A stretch of 64,000 nucleotides of DNA from Gemmatimonadaceae bacterium (GCA_035249985.1 DATFFP010000051.1:4781-68780); one strand, 5' to 3'. Counted from the first letter of the stretch, positions 9,260-19,009 are shown. Program-made: numbers and translations. Notes: generated by a model from the sequence alone, not told the origin.

Positions 9260-11503
9260 GTGTTGCACCCGCGCTTCCACCAACCGACGACTATCGTGTC
9301 GTACCTTCTCGCCCTGTTGCTCGCGCTGCTCACGGTGCGCGGCGAAGTTCGCGATGCCGTCACCGGAGAGCCGGTTGCTGGCGTGGTCGTAGCGTCCGCC
9401 TCCGCACAGGGCGGTACCGTGACCGATGACGCGGGCCGCTTCGCCCTGGAGCTGACTGGACCGGCGCGCGTTCGCTTTGCGCGCGTCGGATACCAGACGC
9501 TCGAGGTGGTCATCGCGCGCGACACCATTCTCGTGGTCAGCCTCGAACCCGCCGCGCCGTCGCTCGAGCGCGTGACCGTCACCGCGCTCCGCGGCGACGC
9601 GGATGCACCGATCCCACAGCGCACCATGGACCGGGAGGAAGTCGAACGGCGGTACGTGGGGCAGGATGTGCCGCTGCTGCTCACCGGTCAGCCATCGGTG
9701 ACGTCGTACGCGGAAGCCGGCGCCTTTTCGAACTACACCTACTTCCGTCTTCGCGGGATCGATCACACGCGAGTCAACATCACGCTCGACGGCGTACCGC
9801 TCAACGATCCCGAGGACCAGTTCGTCTACTTCTCGAACTTCCCGGATTTCGGGAACAGCCTCGAGTCGGTGCAGATCCAGCGTGGGGTCGGCACGAGCTC
9901 GTATGGGACGGCTGCGTACGCAGGGGCGATCAACTTTCAGTCCATGGCGCTCGCGAGCGCCGAGCGACGCGGCGAGGTGCAGGTCGGGCGCGGCTCATTC
10001 GGCACCACCCGTGGAAGCGCAGAGTGGATGTCGGGCCGTGTCAGCGACCGCTTCGCGGCGTACGCGCGCGCCTCGGCGCACCGCACGGAGGGGTACCGTC
10101 ATCACTCCGGGAACACCGGACAATCGTACTTCGCCAACGGAGCGTACTTCGGGGCCCGCGACATCCTGAAGATCACCGCGTTCGGCGGTCGATCCCGGAA
10201 CGAGCTCGCGTATCTCGCCGCACCGCTTCCCGATCTCGAGCGCGACCCACGTACCAACCCGCTCGGCGAGGACGAGCGCGATGACTTCCAGCAGCACTTC
10301 GCCAGTGCGTCGTGGACGCGCGCGCTCGGAGAGCAGGCCGCGATGCAGGCGACGGCCTACACGATCTGGGCGAGTGGCGACTACGACGTTCGCATCGCGC
10401 CCGACCTCTACAACTTCCAGCTCGCTTCACGAGTCACGGGCGCCCTCGCCACCTGGAGCGCGCGGCGCGGAGCGTTCGACCTCGACGTCGGCGCCCACGC
10501 GAACACGTACCACCGGGACCATGCCCTCGCCATCCGGCCCGACCTGGAGGCACTCGTCTATCACAACACCGGCCGAAAGCGCGAGCAGAGCGCGTTCGCG
10601 AAGGCCGTGCTCTCGCTCGGCGACCTCACGCTCTACGGTGATCTCCAGCTCCGTCACCCCGAATTCGAGTATGTGCCGTCCGAGGAGTCCGGCGTGGGAG
10701 GGCGGAGCATCGCGTGGACGTTCGTGAATCCAAAAGTCGGGCTCACCTGGGAGCTTTCGCGGCAGGCGACACTCTACGCGTCGTATGGGTCAAACGGCCG
10801 CGAGCCCACCCGCAATGACATGTTCGCTGGCTTCGACAACGTCGACACGACCAACATCGACTTCGTTGGCCCGCTGTCGCGCGTGCGTCCGGAGCGTGTG
10901 TATGACGGCGAAGCGGGCGTTCGCTGGCGGACCACGTCGCTCACGGCGAACGTCAACGTGTTCGACATGCGCTTCCGCAACGAGATTACGCCGGTGGGTG
11001 AGCTCAGCTACATCGGGCTTCCGCTCCGCAAGAACGTGCGCTCGTCGTACCGCCGCGGGATCGAGGCGGACGTGACCTGGCGGCTGATCCCGTCGCTCAC
11101 CGCGGCGGCGAACGCGACATTCAGCCGCAACCGCATCGCGGAGTACACCGACGACGCGTCGGGAGCGACGTACCGGGATGTGGAGCCCTTGCTCACGCCC
11201 GCGGTGCTGCTCAACCATGCACTCGACTGGCAGATGACGCCGGCCCTGTCGATGTCCGTGGGTGGTCGGTACGTGGGCCGGAGCTTTCTCGCCAACACCG
11301 GCGATCGCGCGTTCACGACGCCGGCGGCCTATCTGGCAGACGCGGGCCTTGCCTGGCGCCTCGGTCGTCACGAGCTCGCGCTCCACGTAATGAATGTTGG
11401 GAGTGCGCGATTCTACGCCGCCGGCTACACCGACGGCACGACGCCGTATTATTTCGTGACGGCGCCACGCGCCATCTTCGTCACGGCGACCGTCGGGTTC
11501 TAA
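9260..11503 (+). CDS. TonB-dependent outer membrane receptor with N-terminal carboxypeptidase-regulatory-like domain
   Basis: 747 aa. GEVRDAVTGEPVAGVVV...TDDAGRFAL (CarbopepD_reg-like), plug region (RVTVTALRG, FRLRGIDHTRVNITLDGVPLNDPED) and a long beta-barrel ending in the terminal F (FVTATVGF). Confidence 0.85.
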   Translation: MLHPRFHQPTTIVSYLLALLLALLTVRGEVRDAVTGEPVAGVVVASASAQGGTVTDDAGRFALELTGPARVRFARVGYQTLEVVIARDTILVVSLEPAAPSLERVTVTALRGDADAPIPQRTMDREEVERRYVGQDVPLLLTGQPSVTSYAEAGAFSNYTYFRLRGIDHTRVNITLDGVPLNDPEDQFVYFSNFPDFGNSLESVQIQRGVGTSSYGTAAYAGAINFQSMALASAERRGEVQVGRGSFGTTRGSAEWMSGRVSDRFAAYARASAHRTEGYRHHSGNTGQSYFANGAYFGARDILKITAFGGRSRNELAYLAAPLPDLERDPRTNPLGEDERDDFQQHFASASWTRALGEQAAMQATAYTIWASGDYDVRIAPDLYNFQLASRVTGALATWSARRGAFDLDVGAHANTYHRDHALAIRPDLEALVYHNTGRKREQSAFAKAVLSLGDLTLYGDLQLRHPEFEYVPSEESGVGGRSIAWTFVNPKVGLTWELSRQATLYASYGSNGREPTRNDMFAGFDNVDTTNIDFVGPLSRVRPERVYDGEAGVRWRTTSLTANVNVFDMRFRNEITPVGELSYIGLPLRKNVRSSYRRGIEADVTWRLIPSLTAAANATFSRNRIAEYTDDASGATYRDVEPLLTPAVLLNHALDWQMTPALSMSVGGRYVGRSFLANTGDRAFTTPAAYLADAGLAWRLGRHELALHVMNVGSARFYAAGYTDGTTPYYFVTAPRAIFVTATVGF

Positions 11504-11504
11504 C

Positions 11505-11960
11505 GTGGCGAGCCGTGCGCTCGAGTACGTTCTGGCGTTGCTCTTCACCGCCGACGCACGCGACGTCGTTCTGGTCCGCAAGACACGGCCTGCGTGGCAG
11601 GCGGGTCGCGTCAACGCGCTTGGCGGGAAGCTGCAGGACGGGGAAGCCATCCTCGAGGCCGCGCGACGCGAGGTGCGTGAGGAGGCCGGCGTCGATGTCG
11701 AGGAGTGGGAGCAGTTCCTCGTGTGGGACGATCCCGAGTATCGGCTGCGCGCCGTTCGTGCATTCGATGACGCCGCACATCGCGCGCGAACGGCCGAGGA
11801 TCAGGACGTCTTTCTGGCGCGGGTGGATGCGCTGCCGCCGAACGTGATCGACAACCTCCGGTGGATCATCCCCCTGGCGCTCGATCGCGACGTGGCCGTT
11901 CCCGTCGCGGTCACCAGTGCCAATCCCGCCGGATCCGGACTCACGGAACGACCGCGTTAG
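11505..11960 (+). CDS. NUDIX hydrolase
   Basis: 151 aa. Nudix box GGKLQDGEAILEAARREVREEAGV (GX5EX7REUXEEXGU). GTG start 1 nt after the receptor stop. Confidence 0.8.
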   Translation: MASRALEYVLALLFTADARDVVLVRKTRPAWQAGRVNALGGKLQDGEAILEAARREVREEAGVDVEEWEQFLVWDDPEYRLRAVRAFDDAAHRARTAEDQDVFLARVDALPPNVIDNLRWIIPLALDRDVAVPVAVTSANPAGSGLTERPR

Positions 11961-11972
11961 GTGCCCCTCGGT

Positions 11973-12491
11973 TCACGCTCGCGTTGGCGTGACCTCGTGT
12001 CCAAAGCGCCGCCCAAGCGCCCGCAGGAAGTCCTCCTGCGTGCGGTGGTGACCGAAGACGAACCGTGCCATGAAGCGAAAGAGCGGATTGGTCACGTACC
12101 CCCGCTCGGTGATCGTCACGAGTGTGCCGTCAGCCTCGGGAGCGAGCTCGTACGCCCACGTTCCACCAAAGGGCAGAGTTTCGTCGACGATACGCGTCAC
12201 GAGGCGATGCGGCCGCTCCTCCGCGGAGCGCTCGAAAGTAATGGCGCCGTCGGTGCCGTGCTCCCGCCATCGTAACGCGCCCTCCGTCGAGAGGACATCG
12301 ACGGACCGCACGCCGGTTCGCCAGCGCGGAAAATCGCGTACGTCCGTGACCGCGTGCCACACGCTGTCCGGCACCGCCTCGATGCGGGCCGTCGTGGCCG
12401 CGGTATGATCGCGGGGGAGTATCAGCCCGACGATCGCCACGACGGCGACAATCGCGACGATGACGCCTCCCGCCAGCCAGAGCCATTTCAT
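11973..12491 (-). CDS. SRPBCC-superfamily (polyketide cyclase/dehydrase-like) protein with N-terminal TM anchor
   Basis: ORF 11973..12560 trimmed to MKWLWLAGGVIVAIVAVVAIVGL. SVWHAVTDVRDFPRWR is typical of SRPBCC/START-like proteins. Confidence 0.6.
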   Translation of the reverse strand: MKWLWLAGGVIVAIVAVVAIVGLILPRDHTAATTARIEAVPDSVWHAVTDVRDFPRWRTGVRSVDVLSTEGALRWREHGTDGAITFERSAEERPHRLVTRIVDETLPFGGTWAYELAPEADGTLVTITERGYVTNPLFRFMARFVFGHHRTQEDFLRALGRRFGHEVTPTRA

Positions 12492-12622
12492 GAGCTCCTC
12501 CCACCGTGCGGTTCGAGCGGCAATCCTGGCGCCGCCAACGATGTCGCGCTCCTGCGCCACTCGGCAACTCCCTGCGTCGATTCGGTGATGCGCACCGCCG
12601 ACACGCGCGACACTGTTCGGGC

Positions 12623-14173
12623 GTGCTTGCCGCCGTCCGCTCCGCCGCGCTGGTCGGGATCGATGCGTATGCCGTCACCGTCGAGGTCGACGCGGCCCCC
12701 GGGCTACCACAATTCGCCATCGTTGGCCTTCCGGCAGGCGCCGTGAAGGAGAGCCGCGAGCGGGTAGGAGCGGCGCTCGCCAACGCGGGATTCAGCCTCC
12801 CGCCACGCCGCATTACGGTGAACCTTGCCCCGGCCGATACCCGCAAGGATGGCACGGGATTCGACCTTCCGATCGCGTTAGGCATCCTCGTCTCCACCGG
12901 ACAGTTGGCGGCGGCATGTCTCGACGGCGTCATGGCGGTTGGGGAGCTGGGGCTCGATGGAACGCTGCGCGCGGTACGGGGCGCCCTGCCCGTCGCCATG
13001 CTGGCGAAGGCCACCGGCCAAAAGGCGCTGATCGTGCCACCCGCGAACGTCGCCGAGGCGGGGCTCGTTGGCGGCGTGTCGCTGTCAGCCCCCGCAGCGC
13101 TGCATCCGCTCGTTGGTCAACTGCGGGAAGGCACGCTTCGCGAGGCCGCACCGCCGGCGCGACTCGCGATTCCGGAAGACGTCGACGACCTCAGCGACGT
13201 CGCGGGACAGGAAACCGCCAAGCGAGCGCTCGAGATCGCCGCGGCGGGTGGCCATAACGCGCTGCTGACCGGGCCTCCCGGTGCTGGGAAAACCATGCTT
13301 GCGCGCCGCCTGCCGGGCATCCTGCCAGCACTGAGCGAGCGGGAGGCGCTCGAGGTCACGGCGGTACACTCCGTTGCCGGGACGCTCGCCTCGGGATGCG
13401 CACTCGTCAGGCGCGGCCCCTTTCGCGCGCCACACCACACCATCTCGGATGCGGGGCTCATCGGCGGTGGGAATCCACCGCGGCCCGGCGAAGTGAGCCT
13501 CGCCCATCATGGTGTTCTCTTTCTCGACGAGGTCCTCGAGTTCCGCCGCCACGTTCTGGAGGCCTTGCGCCAACCGCTGGAGGATGGACGCGTGGTCATC
13601 GCGAGGGCCGCGAATTCCGTCACCTTTCCCGCGCGATTTCTGCTCGTCGGCGCAATGAATCCGTGTCCCTGCGGCTACGCCGGAGACGCGAATCGAACGT
13701 GCGTCTGCGCCGCGGGAGACATCACGCGGTATCGGGCGCGCCTCTCTGGGCCGCTCATCGACCGGATCGACATCCGTGTGGAGGTTCGGGCCGTGGCCGT
13801 CGGATCTCTCGCGGCTGCCCGGACCGCCGAGCGCTCGCGCGCCGTGCGTGAGCGCGTCAATGCCGCGCGCCTAGTCCAGCGTACACGCTACAAGTCGCTC
13901 TACCACGTCGAATGCAACGCACGCGCGCCAGGCCGGTGGCTCGATGCCCGAGGCGGCCTTGCCGATGACGGACACTGTCTTCTCGTCAAGGCGGCCGAAC
14001 GCGGGGCGCTCACGGCGCGTGGCTACCACCGCACGCTGCGCGTCGCGCGAACGATCGCCGATCTCGACGCCGATCCCCGCATTCGCGCCCCGCATATCGC
14101 CGAAGCGCTTCGATTTCGCCTCGGCACCGTCGCGGAGAGCGAGCCGCGCGCGCCGAGTCTCGTGCCGACATGA
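12623..14173 (+). CDS. comM: YifB/ComM-family Mg-chelatase-like ATPase
   Basis: ORF 12506..14173 trimmed to in-frame GTG 12623 ([16 protein letters not shown], the family-typical N-terminus). Walker [13 protein letters not shown], Walker [11 protein letters not shown]-terminal ChlI-like region. Confidence 0.85.
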   Translation: MLAAVRSAALVGIDAYAVTVEVDAAPGLPQFAIVGLPAGAVKESRERVGAALANAGFSLPPRRITVNLAPADTRKDGTGFDLPIALGILVSTGQLAAACLDGVMAVGELGLDGTLRAVRGALPVAMLAKATGQKALIVPPANVAEAGLVGGVSLSAPAALHPLVGQLREGTLREAAPPARLAIPEDVDDLSDVAGQETAKRALEIAAAGGHNALLTGPPGAGKTMLARRLPGILPALSEREALEVTAVHSVAGTLASGCALVRRGPFRAPHHTISDAGLIGGGNPPRPGEVSLAHHGVLFLDEVLEFRRHVLEALRQPLEDGRVVIARAANSVTFPARFLLVGAMNPCPCGYAGDANRTCVCAAGDITRYRARLSGPLIDRIDIRVEVRAVAVGSLAAARTAERSRAVRERVNAARLVQRTRYKSLYHVECNARAPGRWLDARGGLADDGHCLLVKAAERGALTARGYHRTLRVARTIADLDADPRIRAPHIAEALRFRLGTVAESEPRAPSLVPT

Positions 14174-14274
14174 CGACGTCCGAAAATGGCCAGCACTCGA
14201 CCCCTCGCGCCGATACGTTCCGTCCACGTCACACACTCAATCCGTGCTCTTGCGGCACGCCGGAGACCGCTGAC

Positions 14275-14775
14275 ATGATCGCAACGATGACCGACACCAT
14301 CCTGAGCACGCGCGTCACCAGCCCGATCGGGGTGCTTACGCTCACGAGCAACGGCAGCGCGCTGACGCAGCTGCTCCTCGCCCGCGACGATGATCTCGAT
14401 GCCGAGAGCGTTCCCGCGGAAGCCGACCCGGTGCTCGCCGCCGCACGAGAGCAGCTCGATGCGTACTTTGACATGCGTCTCACCAGGTTCGATCTACCGC
14501 TCGCGGCCACCGGCACCGATTTCCAGCGACGCGTGTGGGACTCGCTCCGAGCGATCCCCTTCGGCGAAACGATCAGCTACGCGGAGCTCGCGCGGCGCAT
14601 CGACAAACCGAAGGCCGTTCGCGCCGTGGGCGCCGCGAACGGTCGCAACCCGCTGATGATCGTCGTGCCGTGCCATCGCGTGATCGGCGCCGACGGATCG
14701 CTGACAGGATTCGGCGGCGGCATTGAGCGCAAACGCTGGCTGCTGGATCACGAAACGCGCGCTGGATTGGGATAG
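14275..14775 (+). CDS. ogt: Methylated-DNA--protein-cysteine methyltransferase
   Basis: ORF 14170..14775 trimmed to MIATMTD. Active-site motif [19 protein letters not shown], plus [20 protein letters not shown]. Confidence 0.85.
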   Translation: MIATMTDTILSTRVTSPIGVLTLTSNGSALTQLLLARDDDLDAESVPAEADPVLAAAREQLDAYFDMRLTRFDLPLAATGTDFQRRVWDSLRAIPFGETISYAELARRIDKPKAVRAVGAANGRNPLMIVVPCHRVIGADGSLTGFGGGIERKRWLLDHETRAGLG

Positions 14776-14825
14776 AGGGCCCCGAGCGCCCTCCCCACGC
14801 CGCCGGGGCTCGGTTACGTTGAAGC

Positions 14826-15680
14826 ATGACCGAGCTCCGCGAGACTTCCGCGACGTCGTTGGCAGAAGAAAAGGAGCGCGCGCTCATCGCGTGGCTGCGC
14901 GATCGGGGCTCCGTTCTTCTCGGATTCAGCGGCGGCGTAGACTCCGCGTACCTGGCCTGCGTTGCCACCGAGGCGCTAGGACCGGATCGCGTCCTGGCAG
15001 TCATCGGCCGGTCGGCATCGTACCCTGAGGAGCAGTGGCGGACCGCGCGCGACGTCGCCGCGCGTTTCGGTCTCACGGTTGCGGAGATCGACACCGACGA
15101 GATGACGGATCCGCGCTACGTCGCCAATCCGTCCAACCGCTGCTACTTCTGCAAGACCGAGCTGTGGAGCAAGCTCGCGCCCCTGGCGCGCGACCGCGGT
15201 CTCGCGACCATCATCGACGGAACGAACGCCGACGACATCGGCGGTCATCGGCCCGGGATGCAGGCCGCGCGTGAGCAGGGTGTCCGATCCCCGCTGGTCG
15301 AGGTAGGAATGACGAAGCGCGACGTTCGCGAACGGTCGCGCGCTCGTGGCTTGCCGACCTGGTCGCAGCCGTCCGCGCCATGCCTTTCCTCGCGGCTTCA
15401 GTACGGCCTGTCGGTGACCGCCGAGCGCCTCCGGGAAGTCGAGCGCGCCGAGCGCGCGCTGCGTGATCTCGGCATCAGTGGCGACCTGCGAGTGCGGCAC
15501 CATGGCGATCTCGCGCGCGTCGAGCTCTCGCCCGAGATGCTGGCGCTCTGGCTCAGTCCGATCCCAATGCGCATGATCACCGCCGCGATTCGCGCCGCGG
15601 GCTTCGCCCGGGTCGCGATCGATTTGCGTGGCTTCCGGTCGGGCTCTCTCAACATTCTCAACGAGGTGACCGCCGCATGA
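14826..15680 (+). CDS. larE: PP-loop ATP-utilising enzyme, LarE-like sulfur transferase family
   Basis: 284 aa. PP-loop GFSGGVDSAY, NRCYFCK, and SAPCLSSRLQYG resembling the LarE sacrificial-Cys region. No larB/larC lie in the window, so the symbol is tentative. Confidence 0.7.
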   Translation: MTELRETSATSLAEEKERALIAWLRDRGSVLLGFSGGVDSAYLACVATEALGPDRVLAVIGRSASYPEEQWRTARDVAARFGLTVAEIDTDEMTDPRYVANPSNRCYFCKTELWSKLAPLARDRGLATIIDGTNADDIGGHRPGMQAAREQGVRSPLVEVGMTKRDVRERSRARGLPTWSQPSAPCLSSRLQYGLSVTAERLREVERAERALRDLGISGDLRVRHHGDLARVELSPEMLALWLSPIPMRMITAAIRAAGFARVAIDLRGFRSGSLNILNEVTAA

Positions 15681-15898
15681 ACGTGGAAAATCTCGAGCGT
15701 GCACTGGCGGAGATCGGCCTTCATGGAATCGTCGAGGTGCGCGGGTCGCTGGCGGTGTTGAGGATGGACGTGGAGGCTGGACTGGCCGATGACGAGCTCC
15801 GCTTTCTGGCGGTAGATGCCGCCGAGCGCAACGGATTTACGCACCTTGCGCTCGAGGTCGTCGATGACGCCGGCCGTGCGGCTCTTCATCGCGATTAA
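15677..15898 (+). CDS. Small acidic hypothetical protein (73 aa)
   Basis: Its ATG overlaps the larE-like stop (ATGA). Third-position GC looks coding by eye. The 3' end overlaps the thpR start by about 35 nt. No family was recognised. Confidence 0.35.
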   Translation: MNVENLERALAEIGLHGIVEVRGSLAVLRMDVEAGLADDELRFLAVDAAERNGFTHLALEVVDDAGRAALHRD

Positions 15899-16439
15899 TC
15901 TTCCTGAATCGGAACGGCAAGCGATCCACGAGTCCACGGCGCTTCTTCGCGCCGCGGCGAAGTCGGTCACGTGGGTGGCCCCCGACTGCATTCACCTCAC
16001 CATGAAGTTCCTCGGCGAGCAGCAGGCGGACGATGTGCCGAAGGTCCGTGACGCGCTCGCCGAGGTCGGACGGCGCTTTCAACCCTTGCGGCTCGACGTC
16101 GGCGGAGTCGGTGCGTTCCCGCATCTTCGCGCCCCGCGCATCTTCTGGATGGGCATCGGCGCCGATCCGAAGCTGGAGCTGCTGCATCACGATCTCGAAG
16201 TCGCGTGCGAGGCGCTCGGGCACGAGGTCGAGGCGCGTGCCTTTCGTCCCCACATCACGCTCGGCCGCCTGAAGCGCGACGTGAGTGTGGAAGACCTGGC
16301 GGCGATGGCGAGGCTTGCGACGAACGTGCGGTATCGGGGTACAATCGAAGCGCGCAGCATCGATGTCATGCAGAGCGAGCTGTCGTCGGGAGGTCCGCGA
16401 TACACTGTGCTCGCCCGAGTCCCGCTCGGCCACTCATGA
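15864..16439 (+). CDS. thpR: RNA 2',3'-cyclic phosphodiesterase (2H phosphoesterase, ThpR/LigT)
   Basis: ORF 15816..16439 trimmed to MTPAVRLFIAINLP. Two H-x-T motifs (HLTMKF and HITLGR) are characteristic of 2H phosphoesterases. Confidence 0.8.
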   Translation: MTPAVRLFIAINLPESERQAIHESTALLRAAAKSVTWVAPDCIHLTMKFLGEQQADDVPKVRDALAEVGRRFQPLRLDVGGVGAFPHLRAPRIFWMGIGADPKLELLHHDLEVACEALGHEVEARAFRPHITLGRLKRDVSVEDLAAMARLATNVRYRGTIEARSIDVMQSELSSGGPRYTVLARVPLGHS

Positions 16440-17084
16440 ATGGGGTGTATGCGACGACTCGTTTTTCTCGTCCTCGTGTTTCTCGCCGGCGGCGCCGTTT
16501 TCCTCTGGCTCTATGTGGAGCGCCCACGACGCGACGCGGAGAGCACGTCAGCCGCGCCGGTGTGGGAGAAGCTCACACCGGAGGGGGCCGAGCGCGCGCG
16601 GGCGTCGGTACAACTGCTGTCACGTCCGTCGGGCCCGGTGTTCACCAACATCCGGGGGGCCGATCTCGCGGCGTACATCTTCGACGAGCTCTCGAAGCAG
16701 CTCCCGCCGTCGGCACAGGAGTTGGAGGCTGCCGTCATCGATGACCGGCTGCATGTCCGTGCGCTGGTGAAGGTCAGTGACTTCGGGGGCGCAGGGTCGT
16801 TGGGGCCCCTGGCGGCGATGCTCGGCGATCGCGAGCCAGTCGAGTTCGGTGGAACGCTCGAGCTCGTCCGGCCGGGCCTCGCGCAGTATCGCGTGAAGGT
16901 GCTGCGACTGCGCGAGCTGTCCGTACCGTCGCGCATGATCCCGCGTCTGCTGCAACGCGTGGCGCGTGGATCGCGACCGCCGGGACTGGCCGAAGATGGG
17001 CTGCCGCTCGAGGTGCCCGCGTTCCTCGCCGATGTGCGCATCGGGCAGGAGCGCGTCACCCTCTACAAGTCGACGCAGCGATGA
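16440..17084 (+). CDS. Membrane-anchored hypothetical protein (214 aa)
   Basis: The ATG directly follows the thpR stop (TGAATG). N-terminal TM LVFLVLVFLAGGAVFLWLYV. The 3' end overlaps the next gene by 4 nt. Confidence 0.55.
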   Translation: MGCMRRLVFLVLVFLAGGAVFLWLYVERPRRDAESTSAAPVWEKLTPEGAERARASVQLLSRPSGPVFTNIRGADLAAYIFDELSKQLPPSAQELEAAVIDDRLHVRALVKVSDFGGAGSLGPLAAMLGDREPVEFGGTLELVRPGLAQYRVKVLRLRELSVPSRMIPRLLQRVARGSRPPGLAEDGLPLEVPAFLADVRIGQERVTLYKSTQR

Positions 17085-18448
17085 GCCGCCGCATCCTGGT
17101 CGTCGACGATGAGAAGGGAATTCGTCAGGCGCTCGGGCAGCTCCTCGAGTACGAAGGATACGAGGTGAAGACGGCAGGCAACGCCGTCGATGCCATTACC
17201 GAGTACGACCGATTCCGTCCGCAGCTGGTCTTCATGGATGTGAAGATGGCCGGCATCGACGGGCTGGAGGCGCTCAAGCGGTTGAAGCAGACTGACGCGA
17301 ATGCCGTCGTCGTCATGATCAGCGGTCATGGGACCATCCAGACGGCGGTCGAAGCGACGCAGCTGGGCGCGTACGACTTCCTGGAAAAGCCGCTCGATAC
17401 GGATCGCATTCTCGTCACGCTGCGGAACGCGCTCGAGCACCTGTCGCTGTCGGAGGAGAACACCCGACTCAAGCAGACCATCGAGTCGCGGTACGAGATC
17501 GTCGGCCGCTCGTACGCGATCAAGGCGCTGCTCGACAAGATCGAGAAAGTCGCGCCGTCTCCGGCGCGCGTGCTCGTCACGGGGGAGAACGGAACGGGGA
17601 AGGAGCTGGTCGCGCGTGCGGTGCACCGATTGTCAGCGCGCGCGGACGGGCCGTTCATCGAGGTGAACTGCGCCGCGATTCCAAGCGAGCTCATCGAAAG
17701 TGAGCTGTTCGGTCACATGAAGGGTTCGTTCACGGGGGCGGTGCAGGATCGCGCGGGGAAGTTCGAGCTCGCCAACCACGGCACACTGTTCCTCGATGAG
17801 ATCGGCGACATGAGCCTGGCGGCGCAGGCGAAGGTGCTGCGTGTGCTCGAGGATGGCGTCGTCACGCGTATCGGCGGAAGCAAGCCAGTCTCGGTCGACG
17901 TGCGAGTGCTCGCGGCAACGAACAAGGATCTGGAGCACGAGATCGGAGAGGCAAAGTTCCGCGAGGATCTGTACTATCGGCTGAACGTGGTGCCGGTGAG
18001 CGTTCCGCCGCTCCGCGATCGACGGGAAGACATTCCCCAGCTCGTGGCGCATTTCGCTGATCGGCTGACGCGGAACGAGGGCGTTCCCCCGCGTGGCTTC
18101 GCGGACGACGCGGTGCAGCGGCTCACCGAGTATGATTGGCCGGGCAACGTCCGCGAGCTCCGCAACACCGTCGAGCGACTGCTCATCCTGGCGTCCGGAC
18201 CGCGGATCGGCGCGGCGGATGTCGAGCGCCTCGTCGGGAAACGCGCCGCCGAGCAGACGAGCCTCGGGTCGCTCGTGGAGTGCCGCACGTTCGAGGAGTT
18301 CAAGGATGCCGCCGAGCGCGCGTTTCTGCTGGCAAAGCTGCGCGAAGCGAACTGGAACGTTTCCGAAACGGCGCGGCTGCTCGACATGCCGCGTTCGAAT
18401 CTCTACAAGAAGATCGAACGTTATGGATTGGCGAGGGAAGACGCGTGA
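17081..18448 (+). CDS. Sigma-54-dependent response regulator (NtrC/NtrX family)
   Basis: 455 aa. Receiver domain (ILVVDDEKGIR...VFMDVKMAGIDG), AAA+ domain (GENGTGKE, GSFTGA sigma-54 contact loop, FLDEIGDM, RELRN) and C-terminal HTH (NVSETARLLDMPRSNLYKKIERYGL). Confidence 0.9.
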   Translation: MSRRILVVDDEKGIRQALGQLLEYEGYEVKTAGNAVDAITEYDRFRPQLVFMDVKMAGIDGLEALKRLKQTDANAVVVMISGHGTIQTAVEATQLGAYDFLEKPLDTDRILVTLRNALEHLSLSEENTRLKQTIESRYEIVGRSYAIKALLDKIEKVAPSPARVLVTGENGTGKELVARAVHRLSARADGPFIEVNCAAIPSELIESELFGHMKGSFTGAVQDRAGKFELANHGTLFLDEIGDMSLAAQAKVLRVLEDGVVTRIGGSKPVSVDVRVLAATNKDLEHEIGEAKFREDLYYRLNVVPVSVPPLRDRREDIPQLVAHFADRLTRNEGVPPRGFADDAVQRLTEYDWPGNVRELRNTVERLLILASGPRIGAADVERLVGKRAAEQTSLGSLVECRTFEEFKDAAERAFLLAKLREANWNVSETARLLDMPRSNLYKKIERYGLAREDA

Positions 18449-18474
18449 TCGTTGCCCCGCGAACCGAGGAATGA

Positions 18475-18918
18475 ATGGCGGACAAGGACTGGGATCGCGA
18501 GCTCGCCAAGATCGACAAGCAGCTGGAGTCGGTGTCCGACGAGCAGCTCTTTCCCAAGAGCGCCGCGAAGACGACGCCTCAACGAGAGGCCATCGCCGAA
18601 AAGCAGTCGCGTACGTCGACGTTCGGTGTGCTGCTGCGCCTGTTGCTGAGTGTGGCACTCGGCATCGGGATGATCTTCTGGCCCTACCAGGCGCGATGCG
18701 GCCTCGGCTTGTTGGGGTACCTGCTCGCCGTGGTCGTGCTGATCGGCGCCGGCGGCTGGAGCGCGGTGTGGGCCTGGCGCCACCGCGCCGGCAAGGCCCA
18801 CGTGCTTTCCCTGCTCATCATGCTGTGGGGAGCGATCCTGGGCGCACAGGAGATCCTTCCACGCGTGGGGTACGCCATCCCGACGCTCGATCGGCCCAAC
18901 GTGTGGGAATGCGAATAA
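18475..18918 (+). CDS. Membrane protein, hypothetical (147 aa)
   Basis: Soluble N-terminus followed by 3-4 hydrophobic segments (FGVLLRLLLSVALGIGMIFW, LLGYLLAVVVLIGAGGW, VLSLLIMLWGAILGA). Confidence 0.55.
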   Translation: MADKDWDRELAKIDKQLESVSDEQLFPKSAAKTTPQREAIAEKQSRTSTFGVLLRLLLSVALGIGMIFWPYQARCGLGLLGYLLAVVVLIGAGGWSAVWAWRHRAGKAHVLSLLIMLWGAILGAQEILPRVGYAIPTLDRPNVWECE

Positions 18919-18921
18919 CTG

Positions 18922-19000
18922 GATTGCGGATGACGGATTGCGGATTGCGTATGCCGCACCCCGTACGCAATCCGCAATGCGTCGTCAGTCATCCGCAATC
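18922..19000. repeat. Hairpin element E2: arms of GGATTGC heptads, 12-nt loop, 7-nt bulge in the 3' arm
   Basis: 5' arm 18922-18951 is gattgcggatgacggattgcggattgcgta. 3' arm 18964-19000 is tacgcaatccgcaatgc[gtcgtca]gtcatccgcaatc. It starts 3 nt after the TAA at 18918 and ends 9 nt before the aldehyde dehydrogenase ATG at 19010. Confidence 0.85.
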
Positions 19001-19009
19001 GGTCCACTC

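Noticed and set aside
11505-11960. The NUDIX gene as an NrtR-type NAD-regulon transcription factor.
   Set aside because: At 151 aa it has an intact catalytic Nudix box and no room for the C-terminal winged-helix domain that defines NrtR.
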